From NCBI GenBank assembly GCA_951406725.2, contig OX597834.1:3162001-3226000 (forward strand): a stretch of DNA of 64,000 nt, written 5' to 3'. The notes beneath the pieces are model-generated. The model saw only the letters and a list, made by a program, of their open reading frames with translations, did not search any database and was not told where the DNA came from. A program made the position numbers and the translations under genes. Positions 11,050 to 23,599 of the stretch are shown in pieces. The stretch's first letter is position 1. Each line of letters opens with the position of its first letter. The stretch is from Octopus vulgaris. Its lineage: Eukaryota.

Positions 11050-11242
11050 GAAGCTTACTTGTCTGTGGCGTCTTCAGAGGTGATTGAGGAATGGACAAGA
11101 GTTTCAGACCAGTTAGAGAAGGCTGGCGCCAAGGTGGTGGACGTATCCTTACCACACTTCAATTACAGTTCCAGCTGTTATGTAGTGTTGTGTTGTTGTG
11201 AGGTGGCATCCAACATGGCAAGATATGATGGCATCAAATATG
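11050..11242 (+). CDS. QRSL1: QRSL1 coding exon E (EAYLSV...VSLPH...[14 protein letters not shown])
   Basis: ttttgcag acceptor, g|gtgag donor; ASNMARYDG motif. Confidence 0.95.
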
Positions 11243-11459
11243 GTGAGTTGTGGCTCTCTTCTCTCTTCTCCATGTCTTACATGTAGCTACACACACACAC
11301 ACACCATATATACAAAAGGCATATACATCACATACACACAGTACACATTCAACATACAGCCTCAACAAGGACACAAATGTGTGTGTACATATTTATCTAG
11401 ACACATATGTCACATATTCAACCTAAAGTCTACACACACACACATATATATATGTGTAT

Positions 11460-11779
11460 CATCATCATCATCATCATTTAATGTCCACTTTCCATGCTGG
11501 CATGGGTTGGACGATTGACTGAGGACTGGCGAACCAGATGGCTGCACCAGGCTCCAATCTTGATCTGGCAATGTTTCTGCAGCTGGATGCCCTTCCTAAT
11601 GCCAACCACTCCGAGAATGTAGTGGGTGCTTTTACGTGCCACTGGCATGAGGGCCAGTCAGGCGGTACTGGCAACAGCCACGCTTAAATGGTGTTTTTTA
11701 CGTGCCACCTGCACAGGAGCCAGTCATGCTGTGCTGCCATCAAATTTGATTTCGATATATATATGTGTGTGTGTATGTG

Positions 11780-11813
<34 letters not shown>

Positions 11814-12058
11814 TAATATATACACCACACAGACACACAGACTACACATTCATCACACAGAGTTGTGCCGGTGGCACATAAAAAGCACCCACTGCACTCA
11901 CAGAGTGGTTGGCGTTAGGAAGGGCATCCAGCTGTAGAAACATTGCCAGATCAGACTGCAATCTGGTACAGCCTTCTGGCTTCCCAGACCCCAGTTGAAC
12001 TGTCCAACCCATGCTAGCATGGAAAACGGACGTTAAACGATGATGATGATGATGATGA
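11460..12058. mobile_element. Two oppositely oriented RTE-tail SINE copies ((CAT)n/(GAT)n tails; ggaagggcatccagctg core)
   Basis: 11460-11740 and 11865-12058 are reverse complements over about 190 bp. The family also occurs near 14390, 15460, 23100, 29180, 35045, 46675 and 48430. Confidence 0.8.
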
Positions 12059-12081
12059 TATATATATATATATATAAATAC

Positions 12082-12123
<42 letters not shown>

Positions 12124-12820
12124 CCTCTGGCTGAAGCTTTCAAAAGCATACATGAACACAGCAGTGTAGATGTCAAGTGGGTGTATATTATACATGCAGA
12201 AATGAAGATGTTGACTGGATAGACGGGCAATGTGTTGATGTGATGTCTGGATGGACCCACTGTAGATCTTGGCTGACTGTGTGTGTTTAAGGCCAAATGA
12301 AGGACTGAAAACTGATCTGAAAACACTGAACCTTGCAAAGGAGATGACAAAGAACCAAGATATGCCATGCATTGCTGTACTCGAGAAAACCCACCACAAC
12401 AGAATTGAGATCCTAAAACCAGGGTACCACATAAAAAGCATTGGTGCAAGTATCATATAAAAAAGCACCTAGTACATTCTGTAAAGTGGTTGTCATTAGG
12501 AAGGGCAACCAACTATAGAAATCAAGCCAGAACAGATTATGAAACCTGATGCAACCCCTGGCCTTGCCAGATCTTGTCAAACCAGCCAACCCATGCCTGC
12601 ATGGAAAAGATGATGATGGTGGTGATGATGCCACCTAAAAAGCACTCAGTACCTTCTGTAAAGTGGTTGGTGTCAGGAAGGGCACCCAGCCATGGAAACC
12701 AAGCCAAGGCAGACACCTGGGGCCTAGTGCAATCCTCATGGATGTTAAATAATGATGATGATATAGGTATGTACACACACACACACACACTCACCCATTG
12801 TTTATCCTCAATCTTTGCAG

Positions 12821-12938
12821 GTCACCGTGCTAATATTATGGCCTCCACAGAACAATTGTATGCCACCAGCCGCCACCAAGGTTTCAACGATGTTGTCCGA
12901 GGAAGGATTCTGGCCGGCAATTATTTTTTACTGAAAAG
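12821..12938 (+). CDS. QRSL1: QRSL1 coding exon F ([38 protein letters not shown])
   Basis: tttgcag acceptor, ag|gtaac donor; [14 protein letters not shown] motif. Confidence 0.95.
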
Positions 12939-15900
12939 GTAACAGAATTACAGTTTAAACCCGTGATAAATTAATATTTTGTTCATGGTCAGCTGTGAGT
13001 AAGGAGGGTCTTGGGTTTGGATCCACTGCATGGCACCTTAAGCAAGTGTCTTCTACAATAGCCCCAGGTTGGCCAAAGCCTGGTGAATGGACTAGGTAGG
13101 TGGAAACTGAAAGAAGCTCATTGTATATGTGTGTATGTATGTGTTTTTATGTTTGTCCCCCCCCACCACCACCACCACTACTTGACAGCTAGTGTTTGTC
13201 TATGTCTCTGTGACTTAGCGGTTTGGTAAAAGACATTGATAGAATAAGTACCAAGCTTAGAAAATAAGTTCTGGGGTCAGTTTGCTCAACTAAACCCTTC
13301 GGCGTGGTGCTCCAGCATGGCCACAGTAAAAGATGCCAAATGAAAAACCCAAAATACAAAAATGAAGGATTCCCTGAAGACAAAAACAGTGAAATTCTTC
13401 CATTTTGCATTAGTTGACCATTCTTAAAGACATGTCTTGTAAGGTGGATGCCAACTTGTGCAGCCTTTTCGGTCTGGTAGAAGTACCACACTGGAATAAG
13501 GTTCAGGCAGTGAGTGAGATCTAAACAAAAATGTGTAACACAGTGCCCCAGCATGGCCACAATTTAATGATTGAAACCATTGAAATAAAAGAGGGAATTA
13601 GGTGCCACCATCCATTTCCTCTCTCTCTCTCTTCACACACACTTTCTCTTCCCCCTCTCACCTCTCTCCTTCTCTCTCTCTCTCTGTCTCTCTCTCGTAT
13701 CAAAGAGCTACTGTCTGTAATATCGATTTCCTTTTCCAGTTCTTCCATGCAGTGTTAAACTACAATTGATAAACCATAGGACACGTTCATTTGCTGTGTT
13801 TTCTGAGGAAGGAGGACAGGGGGGGGGAGCATGACTCATTAGCCTTCACCACCACCACCACCACCACCATCATCATCACCACCACCACCACTACATTATC
13901 CTATATCCCAATATTCTAATTTTATATTTGATGACTCAGTGTGACAGATGTTGCTACTGTCTGTGTGTGTGTGTGTGTTGATGAAATTCATTGTGTGTCT
14001 GTATGCATGTATAGCATAGACTGTTGTGGTTGTAGTGTGGTAGTGGTTGTAACAGTGTGTGTGTGTGTTAGAGTTGTCAACACGCATGACACACTATTTT
14101 GCAGTTTTTATTCCTACAATTTACAGTGTGAGTTCAAACCCTGCCTTAGACAATTTTGCTATTCATTCTTCCAGGGGCTCATTACAAGAGGCACAAGCAT
14201 ACGCGCACACACACAGAGTGGCTGTGTAGTAAGTAGCTTGCTTACCAACTGCATGGTTCCAGGTTCAGTCCCACTGCGAGGTACCTTGGCCAAGTGTCTT
14301 ATACTATAGCCTCGGGCCGACCAAGCCTTCTGAGTGTATTTGGTAGACGGAAACTGAAAGAAGCCCATCATACATATATATATATCATCATCATCGTTTA
14401 ACATCCGTTTTCCGCGCTAGCACGGGTTGGACGGTTCGACCAGGGTCTGGGAAGCCAGGGGCTGCTCCAGACTCCAGTCTGATCTGGCAGAGTTTCTACG
14501 GCTGGATGCCCTTCCTAACACCAACCACTCCGCGAGTGTAGTGGCTGCTTTTTACGTGCCACCTGCACAGGTGCCAGGGGCGGTCCGGCATCGGTCACGA
14601 TCGGTTGGAGCTTTTAACGTGCCAGCGGCACGGAAGCCAGCCAAGGCAGCGCTGGCAACATTCGGATGGACTTTTTATGTGCCACCGGCACAGGAGCCAG
14701 TCGGGGCGGCGCTATATATATTGCAATGGCCCAGTGGTTTGGGTAGTGGACTCGCGGTCATAGGATTGTGGTTTCAATTCCCAGACCGGGCATTGTGAGT
14801 GTTTATTGAGCGAAAACACCTAAAGTTCCACGAGGCTCCAGCAGGGGGTGGTGGTGATCCCTGCTGTACTCTTTCACCACAACTTTCTCTCACTCTTTCA
14901 TCTGTTGGCCTGCTCACTTAGCCAGCGAGGTGGCATCATATGAAGGCTAATACAATGCAAAGTGCATTGTGACCAGCGATGTGTAGTAACATCTGATAGC
15001 CTGGTCAGTCACGGTGATATATATATTTATGTATATGTTTGTTTGTCTGTGTTTGTCCTCCCAACATCACTTGACAACCAATGCTGTTGTGTTTATGTCC
15101 CCATCACTTAGTGGTTCGGCAAGAGAGACCAACAGAATAAGTACTAGGCTTACAAAGAATAAGTCCTAGGGTTGATTTGTTGGACTAAAGGCGGTGCTCC
15201 AGCATGGCCAGTCAAATGACTGAAACAAATAAAAGAGTAAAAGAAAGTATATATAAATGCCTCTGTGTGTGTGTGTAGGCACAGGCATGGCCGTGCGATA
15301 AGAAGCCTGCTTCCCAACCACATGGTTCCGAGTTCAGTCCCACTGCATGGCACCTTGGGCAAGTGTCTTCTACTATAACTTCAGGCGAACCAAAGCCTTC
15401 CGAATGGATTTGGTAGATGGTAACTGAAAGAAGCCCACATATGTACACGTGATATCTGTGCTGGTGGCACGTAAAAAGCACCATCTGATTGTGGCCGTTG
15501 CCAGCCTCGCCTGGCACGTAAAAAGCACCCACTACACTCACAGAGTGGTTGGCATTAAGAAGGGCATCCTGCTGTAGAAACACTGCCAGATCAGACTGGA
15601 GCCTAGTGCAGCCTCCTGGCTTCCCAGACCCCGATCGAACCATCCAACCCATGCTAGCATGGAAAACGGACGTTAAACGATGATGATGATGATATATATA
15701 TTTATATATATATATGTCTTTGTGTCTGTGTTTATGTCCCTTTAACAGAGCACTTTGGCCCCAGGGATTGATAGAAAAAGTACCAGACTTGAAAATCTTT
15801 TGAAGGCACTGCTCCAACATGGCCATAATCTAATGACTGAAACAAGTAAAAGACAATACACACACACGCACACGATAGGCTTCTTTCAGTTTCTGCCAAC

Positions 15901-17928
15901 CTAATCCAACTAGAAGGCTTTGGTTGGTCCAGTGGCAATAGTGACAGACATTTGCCCAATGTGCTGTGATGTGGGACTGAACCTGAAACCTTGTCATTGG
16001 GAAGTAAATTTCTTAACCACTGGGCTATGCCTGTGCTTCATGTAGTATGTGTATGTATGTATGTGTATGTATGTGTGTGTGTGTGTGTTCTGATGGCCTA
16101 TGTGTAGCATGAACTACTGTTTAGAAATGTATTCTATGTATTGATTTTATAAACTCACACACACACACACAGACTTATATATTTGCATGTATTTGTTTGC
16201 ATGTGTGTATATGTAACACACACACATACATACAAATATGTGTGTGTGTGAGTTTGTACAAAATCAATACACAGAGCCTACTTCCAAGCATACATGTGTG
16301 TGTGTATGTAAATACACACACACACACATTCACACAGTGTAACAGATGTTTCAAAGACAGTTATGGTAATGGAAAACTTTTGTACCATTGCTGCTGCTGC
16401 TGTTGTTCTTATCCTATGTGAGACCTGATCCATCAGACCAATTAACTAACACACTCCATATGTGACCATCTAGTCTTTGTTTTTCAGGCACAGTATATAT
16501 ATATATATACTCTGGGTTAATTTTTACCAATGTGTCCTTTTCTTCATTTGGTAGTAAATAATGTGAAATAGATTTGGCTGCTGTTTCTGAAAGTTTTGGA
16601 GGAGGCAAGATGTAACTGAAAGGGTATTTTGCTTCTATTTCTAGCAGGTCAGGTGCAACTGGAAGGAGATTTTACTGATGTCTTTGCCGATTGCATGTGA
16701 TTGGAGGGTGATTTAGTTGCAACTTCTAGCTGGTTGTGTGATCAGAGGAAGATGTGACTCCAATTTTTAGGATGTTTAGTCACTAGGTTATGTTGTAAGG
16801 TAGATTTGGCTGCTATTTCTAACAGGTTGAGTACTTAAGTTGTGATTGGAGGAAGATTCAGCTGCTATTTCTTTTGGTCCATTATTATAATTTAATCATA
16901 AACACACTTCTTTGCTACAGCATCCTGGCTTCAATGTATGTATAAAGTGTTGTATTTCAATATATATATATTTACATTATTTATATTGTTGTGTTGTTGT
17001 TGTTGTTGTGACCCCCTTCAGTCAGGAACAACCATGGGATTGCACCTAGAAATTTACACTCCAAGGCACAAGTCTAGGCATGGTTGTTTATGGAAGACCA
17101 GCAGTCACCCATGCATACCAGCCCCGCCTCTCCCCATGCCACCGATAAGGGGCCGATACAGCTTGGCACCTGTGACGTTGCGACTCATTTATAAATGTGC
17201 AAGTGGCTGAGCACTCGGGGTGATTCAGCGTGACACAGAGTGTGACAAGGCTGGCCCTTTGAAATACAGGTACAACAGAAACAGGAAGAAAGAATGAAAG
17301 AAAGTAGTGGTGAAAGGGTATAGCAGGGGTCACCACCACCCCCTGATGGAGCCTCATGGAGCTTTAGGTGTTTGCGGTCAATAAACAATCACAATGCCTA
17401 GTCTAGGAATTGAAACTAATCCTACGACTGCAAGTCCGCTGCCCTAACCATATATATATGAGAGAGAGAGAGCAAATGGCTACGGTCAGGTTAGGTGTGA
17501 AGTTGGGATATTTCCAGAGAAGCACTCGATCCAAATACTGGGCTATCAACAGTGTCAGGATCCGAGCCAAGGCTGGAATACTTCTGGTGTGGGAAATCCA
17601 AGTTTCACGATTATACTGTCATCTGGATTTGGCAAAGAGTAAATAATCCAATGAAAAGAAGAAGACGAAAGAAAATTCTGTAACACATCTTTAATCATTA
17701 GTTACACATGTACCATCTTCATTTGTAATGCCAGTTTACGTGAAAATTCTGTCACGTACTACTTGTGGTTTTAGACAATGGAGAGGCTTTTCCTCAGACT
17801 TGCATCCATATGTATATATGTATATGTATGTAAATGTATATATATTTATATATATATGTATATATGGATAAGTATGTATATATAAATAATATATATACAT
17901 ATATAAAGAATATATATAAACATATGTA

Positions 17929-19493
17929 CAGTTGCGGCCAAAATGTTCAGAACGGCATTGTTTTCGTCAGAAAAGTAGGTATAAGTTTTTATCAAAGTTG
18001 TTTTATATTCTATAATTTTCACAGACAATAAATACAATATTAATTGTTATTGTCTGAGATTTTGGTGTTATTTGAGAGGATAATACAAAAGTTATGGATG
18101 ATTTAGTGATTTACTGCAAAACCCATGGCGGCCAAAATGATCAGAACGGTTGAAAAAATAACAAAATATTCAAAAATGTCAGAAAATACTGGAATTATTT
18201 AATATTTAGTGTGAAGCCCTTTAGCTTCAATCACAGTCTGACATCTTCAACTGCATGAGGAAATTAAATTTTCAATTTCTTGCTGGGTGATCTTATTCCA
18301 TTCTTCCTGAAGGGCATTCCATAATTGCTCAGTTGTTTTAGGATTTCTGGATTTCGAACGTTCTCAATAACCTTTTCAGTCTTGAGGAAGTCCATGACCA
18401 CCTTAGCCTTGTGACATGGGGCATTGTCCTGCATGAATATGGGTGATCACTTAGTTGAATTTCTCAGCACAGGCAAGACATGATTTTTTACAAGTTGTTT
18501 ATAAACTCCTGCATTTAACTTTCCATGTAATTGCACCAAAGGGCCCACACCATCTCCAGATATCATTCCCCAAACCATGACACTTCCTCCACCGAATTTA
18601 ACACTAGTCTTAAGGCATTTAGGCAACAATTTTTCACCTACTTTTCTACGAATGTACCTTTTCCCATCTGAGCCAAATAACATAGACTTAGATTCATCAC
18701 TGAAATGCACCGTTTGCCATTTTTCTTGAGACCACAACACATGTTCGATTGCAAAGGTAAGACGACACTTTTTATTCTTGGAGCTGATCAGTGTCTTCAC
18801 TGCAGGTGCTCTTGCTTGTAGGTCATGTTCAACTAAACGACGAGACACAGTTTTTCGAGATAAAGTTTTCTTCAATACAATGCTCATTTTCCGAGAAACA
18901 GCAGCAGCAGTTTTAAATCTGTCCTTTTTAACCAACTTTACCATAGCACGAGCTTCTCTCTTGGTCGTTTTTCTTGGCCTACCTGTAAACTTTCTTGCTT
19001 CACATGACCCACAATCATCGTAGACCTTAAGAATACCGTGTACAACACTTTTTGACTTGTTAACAATCTTTGCAATAGACCCAATACTTAAATTATCCTT
19101 CTTTCGAAGCTTAATAATCTGCTGACGAATTGGTAACAGAGTAAGTGGCATTATATTAACAAATTACACTGCAGATATTCTTACTAATGTTTAGTAAAAG
19201 AACCGTCACGTAAACAAATTCAAAACATTAGAGATCGCCGGTTAAATATACTAAGACACGGAGTAAAAGCAACCGTTTTGATCATTTTGGCCGCCATGGG
19301 TTTTGCAGTAAATCACTAAATCATCCATAACTTTTGTATTATCCTCTCAAATTACACCAAAATCTCAGACAATAACAAATAATATCGTATTTATTGTCTG
19401 TGAAAATTATAGAATATAAAACAACTTTGATAAAAACTTATACCTACTTTTCTGACGAAAACAATGCCGTTCTGAACATTTTAGCCGCAATTG
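17929..19493 (-). mobile_element. Tc1-like IR-DR transposon, 1565 bp, 224-bp TIRs, TA TSD
   Basis: TIRs at 17929-18152 and 19270-19493, each carrying two gcggccaaaatg(t/a)tcagaacgg direct repeats; TA on both sides. Confidence 0.95.
18199..19151 (-). pseudogene. Tc1 transposase pseudogene
   Basis: HTH, GRPRK, VHFSDES and GGGSVMVWG are intact. A premature stop at 18447 precedes FMQDNAPCH, and a deletion/frameshift lies near the catalytic E. Confidence 0.92.
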
Positions 19494-19499
19494 TATATG

Positions 19500-19532
<33 letters not shown>

Positions 19533-19610
19533 ATATATTGTGACCGCGTGTGTATTGTTGGCGATTTGTTTTCCCCGTCTTCCCTTCATTGGATCTTTCC
19601 TGTCTCTATG

Positions 19611-19643
19611 TTTCTGAAGAAGAGCTCTGCTCGAAACTTTAAA
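19611..19643 (+). ncRNA. Minimal hammerhead-like motif in a (TA)n-embedded repeat (19539-19741)
   Basis: UUU CUGAAGA A GAGC UCU GCUC GAAA CU UU AAA; paralogous, more decayed copy at 44207-44241. Confidence 0.5.
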
Positions 19644-19982
19644 TCCTCCTTCTTTCTTTCTTTTCCTGAGCGTCCAATAACACTATACTTGTTCCTCGCG
19701 TTGTTCTGTTTTCTCTTTGGGTTTTCATGTTTGGATTAACTATATATATACATATATATACATGCATATATTGCATATATGAGTACAGGATGTCACCAAA
19801 CAGTAAACAACATGAAATACGAAAGCAAATGAGTTCAATACACAAACAACAAGAGAAACAAATGGGAAACAGGACAAGTAACATAATGAACGACCCTTCA
19901 TCAGTTGTCAGCTGTCTGTTTACTCCCCATTTTGAGCATTGAACAACAAATAAAGAATATGAAAAAGGTCTTAATAGAAAGA

Positions 19983-20133
19983 TTAACCCTTTTAACAGCA
20001 ACTTACCTGAAGCCACTCCTGGTCTTACGCTACTTAATTAATTAAGGTTTTACACTACTTAATTAATTAAGGTCTTACGCTACTTAATTAATTAAGGTCT
20101 TACACTACTTAATTAAAACAAAGGAAGGGTTCA
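19983..20133. mobile_element. TTAA-type MITE remnant containing a 25-bp tandem repeat (ggtcttacgctacttaattaattaa, about 4 copies)
   Basis: ttaaccctttt start and aagggttca end; repeat units at 20021, 20046, 20071 and 20096. Confidence 0.65.
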
Positions 20134-20429
20134 GCATAAATATGATTTATGGAATGGTTAAAAAGGGACAGATTGGAATTTCCATTATAACATGTCCAAA
20201 AAGCATATTTGTATATATAATAGGGGCAGTTTTTCTTCTTTTTTCCTTTTCTCTCTCCCGTCCATGCTACAGCAGTTTCATCAAATATACCCTCACCTTT
20301 AATCCCTTTCCCCCATTCTCTCTCCCCCTCACTCTCTCTTTTTCTCTGTACTGTCCATGCTACAGCAATTTTATCAAATATACCCTCAACTTTTAACTCC
20401 TTTTTCTCTCTGTACCGTCCATGCTACAG

Positions 20430-20635
20430 CAACTACAGCAAATATGTGGCCCAGTCCATGAAAATCCGTCGACTCATCACCAGGGACTTCCATCAAGTGT
20501 TTGCCAATGGTGTGGACATCCTGCTTACTCCAATAACAGTGGGTGATGCTCCCCTCTACAGGGATTTCTGCCAGGAGGATAATCGTACCCGCATCGCTGA
20601 GCAGGATGTCTATACGACATCAGTGAATCTTGCAG
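20430..20635 (+). CDS. QRSL1: QRSL1 coding exon G (NYSKYVAQSMKIRRLI...DILLTP...SVNLA)
   Basis: ctacag acceptor at 20429 restores the frame; g|gtttg donor; DxLLTP and VNLAG motifs. Confidence 0.92.
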
Positions 20636-20841
20636 GTTTGGCTTCTTTTACATATTCTGCTTCTTGTTGTTGTTGTTCCTTTTATTGTTGTTGTAGTTAA
20701 TGTTTTTGTTATTGGTAGTGTTGTTGTTGATTTTATTGTTATTGTTGTTGTATAACCCCATCCCATCCCAGGTCAGGCCTAATTGAGCAAACATACAGTA
20801 AAAAATGTTCCATCCATGACTGTCCCATTTGTTCCTCTCTT

Positions 20842-20898
<57 letters not shown>

Positions 20899-21117
20899 CA
20901 ATGTGTCCTTCTTTTCTGACACAGCAGTCTGGTATTTCAGAGAAATTTGGTTGTTATTTCTAACAGAATGATTAACCAAGTAGTTTTTTTCTTTTTCCTG
21001 TTGTTGTTGTTCAGCTCCTGATCAGCATTGATCAAATGGACGTATGATCAAAGTGGTCAGAGACATTCCATCTTGGACCAAATGACCAAGCAGTCATGTT
21101 AAATCTTTGTCAGATTA

Positions 21118-22549
21118 ACTTTTTACCTGTTTAAAGCATTCTCATAAATTTCTCCCAAACATCCGTTCTTGTTTTCAAACTTTTGCTTAGCCCTTGCTTC
21201 ATACGTTCTGACTTATATAAAGCTTCTTTTCCATAAGTCCCAAGTTACTCAAATGGTTAAAAAAAAAATAGAATTGAGAATGTGTATCATATGGGGTGCC
21301 AGGGAACTGTAACCTGTGCATCAGATGTGAAAGGCAAATGGTTCACCCCAGCATCAAGCCACCACTGAAATCACAGCCTCACAAACGATGGGGACAATTG
21401 TTTCATGCTGCCAACAAAGCACGCGGAGTTCTGTTCTTGATTCAACGGTCATTCGGAATGCTCACAGCAGCCATATTCCTACCACTCTATGTCACGCTGG
21501 TGAGACCCTTATTGGAGTACGGGATTCAAGCCTCTTCTTCTTATCTCCTCAAAGACATACAGCATCTCGAAAGAGTCCAGAAGCTGGCTACCCGCATGGT
21601 TCTTGGTCTTAAGAATTTGTCTTATGAAGAAAGGCTGAAGACGCTCGACCTTTATTCTCTAGAAAAACGACGACGCTGTGGTGATCTCATTCTTGCTCAC
21701 AACATCATAAACGGAAAGTGTAACCTCTCGAAGGAGCTGTTCTTCACTCCTGCTCCAGAGCATCGGCTGTGGGGTCATTCCGAAAAGCTCTGTCTGCGAC
21801 GATTTCATCTTAATCGAAGGAGAGGGGCTTTCTCCGTCCGGATTGCGGATCCGTGGAATAAGCTGCCGGACGAGATGGTGAAGATGCTGACGACCGCTCG
21901 GTTCAAAGTCTCCCTTGACCACAAATGGCCTGAACTCTTTACATGAACACCCTCCCTGTACATAACTCCATGTTCCCCCACATGGCCTTGCTTTTTGCTT
22001 TTTGAGCCAAAAAATTAACTAACTAACTTTGCCTGTCCAAAGAATTTTCAGTTTTTTTTTTTTTTTTGTCCTGAACGTCCATTCTTGTTTCCAGACTTGT
22101 TTCAGTCAGCCCTCGTTTCATACGTTCTGAGAAACATAAGGCTTTCCTTTGACAAATTCCAAATCACTCCAATGGTCGAAAACAATGCCTAGATGCCAGA
22201 GAACTATGTTCTGTGTATCAGATGTGACGGACAAATGGTTAACCCCACCATCAGGCCCCTGTTGCAACCACAGCATCACAAACTATGGAGACAATTGTTT
22301 GACATTTAAGACTTTTGCCTGTCTAAAACATTTCCATAGCTTTGCCCTAAAAATCTGTGCTTGTTTTCAGGCTTTTAGTCAGCCCTTGTTTCATATGTTC
22401 TGGGTAACATAAAGCTTTCCTTTTGCAAGTCTCAGATTACTTTAGCAATTTAAAAATATTTGGAAATTTGGATCACAAATGATGCCTGAACATCAGGGAA
22501 ATCTGCCTTGTGCAACCCATGTGACACCCACGACAGGTAAAAGGGTTAA
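21118..22549. repeat. Degenerate ~285-bp tandem repeat (3 units) split by a CR1 insertion
   Basis: Units start near 21118, 22026 and 22311 (actttt.cctgt...catcagatgtga...gacaattgtt); the array ends aagggttaa. Confidence 0.7.
21404..22028 (+). mobile_element. 5'-truncated CR1-clade LINE (ORF2 C-terminus open to 21946, (TAAC)n tail)
   Basis: LYVTLVRPLLEY..LERVQKLATRM..LSYEERLK..LEKRRRCGDLI..WNKLP. Confidence 0.9.
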
Positions 22550-23599
22550 AACTACCAACCAACAACAGGAATGGCAATCTCTTCACCAACAAGTTCCCAT
22601 AAAATTCCTGTTTAAATCAATCCAAGATTTATGGCAGAAGACCTCTAACCAAGATGCTGCTTTGCCATGGAATTGAACCCGTTACAGCATTGTTATAAAA
22701 CAAAATTCTGAACCCATCAGCCATTTCTTCACCCAATAGCAAAATATATGCGGCTGTCGCGTCTTATAATATTTCTGTTGCCATCTGCCGCTTACAGAAA
22801 TTCAATAAGCTTGTTGTTGTTGTTGTTGTGATGTTTATGTTCTTGTTCTTGTTGATATTGATGTTGTCGTTTGCCTACATCAGAATGTGTCGAACAAACA
22901 ATAAATAATGATTTGTGGCAATAAAGCTTTTTGGGAAAGTTTTGTTTATTGAAGACGTCAGAATATAAAATAAATTCAATATTGAAACAGAACAACACAT
23001 CCTTTTGTTGGTGTGGATGTCAGTGGGTGGGTGTGTTTGTGTGTATACACAAGTGCACACACCCACTGATATATGCATGCATGCACTCAAATATATATAT
23101 CATCATCATCATCATCATCGTCTGTTGTCCCAGCTGGCATGGGTTGGACGGTTTGACCAGGGTGGCATGCAGGAAGGCTGCACCGGACTCCAGTCTGATT
23201 TGGCATGGTTTTCTACAGCTCGATGCTACCTTCCTAATGCCAACCATTCCAAGAGTGTAATGAGCATTTTTACATGTCATTTGTGTGACACTGGTATCTG
23301 CCACAACTGCAATTTTGCTCGGCTTAATGGGTCTTCTTCCCAAGCATGACACAATGCCAAAGGTCTTGGTCATTGCCTCTGTGAGGCCCAACACTTGAAA
23401 AGAACTCAGTCACGTTGCCTCCGTGAGGCCCAATGCTTGAAAGGAACTCAGCGACTTTGTTTCCATGAGGCCCAACATTCAAAAGATGTTCTTTACATGC
23501 CACCAGCACAAGGGTACTTGGTTTGATGGGTCCTCTTAAGCATAGCACATTGCCAAAGGTCACAGTCACCGGTCATTGCCTCTGTAAGGTTCAAAGTTC

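Noticed and set aside
17700-17800. Possible decayed hammerhead (AGU CUGAGGA ... GGUA CAUGUG UA ACU, minus strand)
   Set aside because: GAAA is not conserved and the stem II base does not pair, so it is too degenerate to call.
19880-19940. CUGAUGA on the minus strand as a hammerhead
   Set aside because: There is no downstream stem II, GAAA and UH in the required order.
21296-21946. 216-aa ORF as a nested host gene
   Set aside because: It is the CR1 ORF2 C-terminus fused by chance to upstream repeat sequence.
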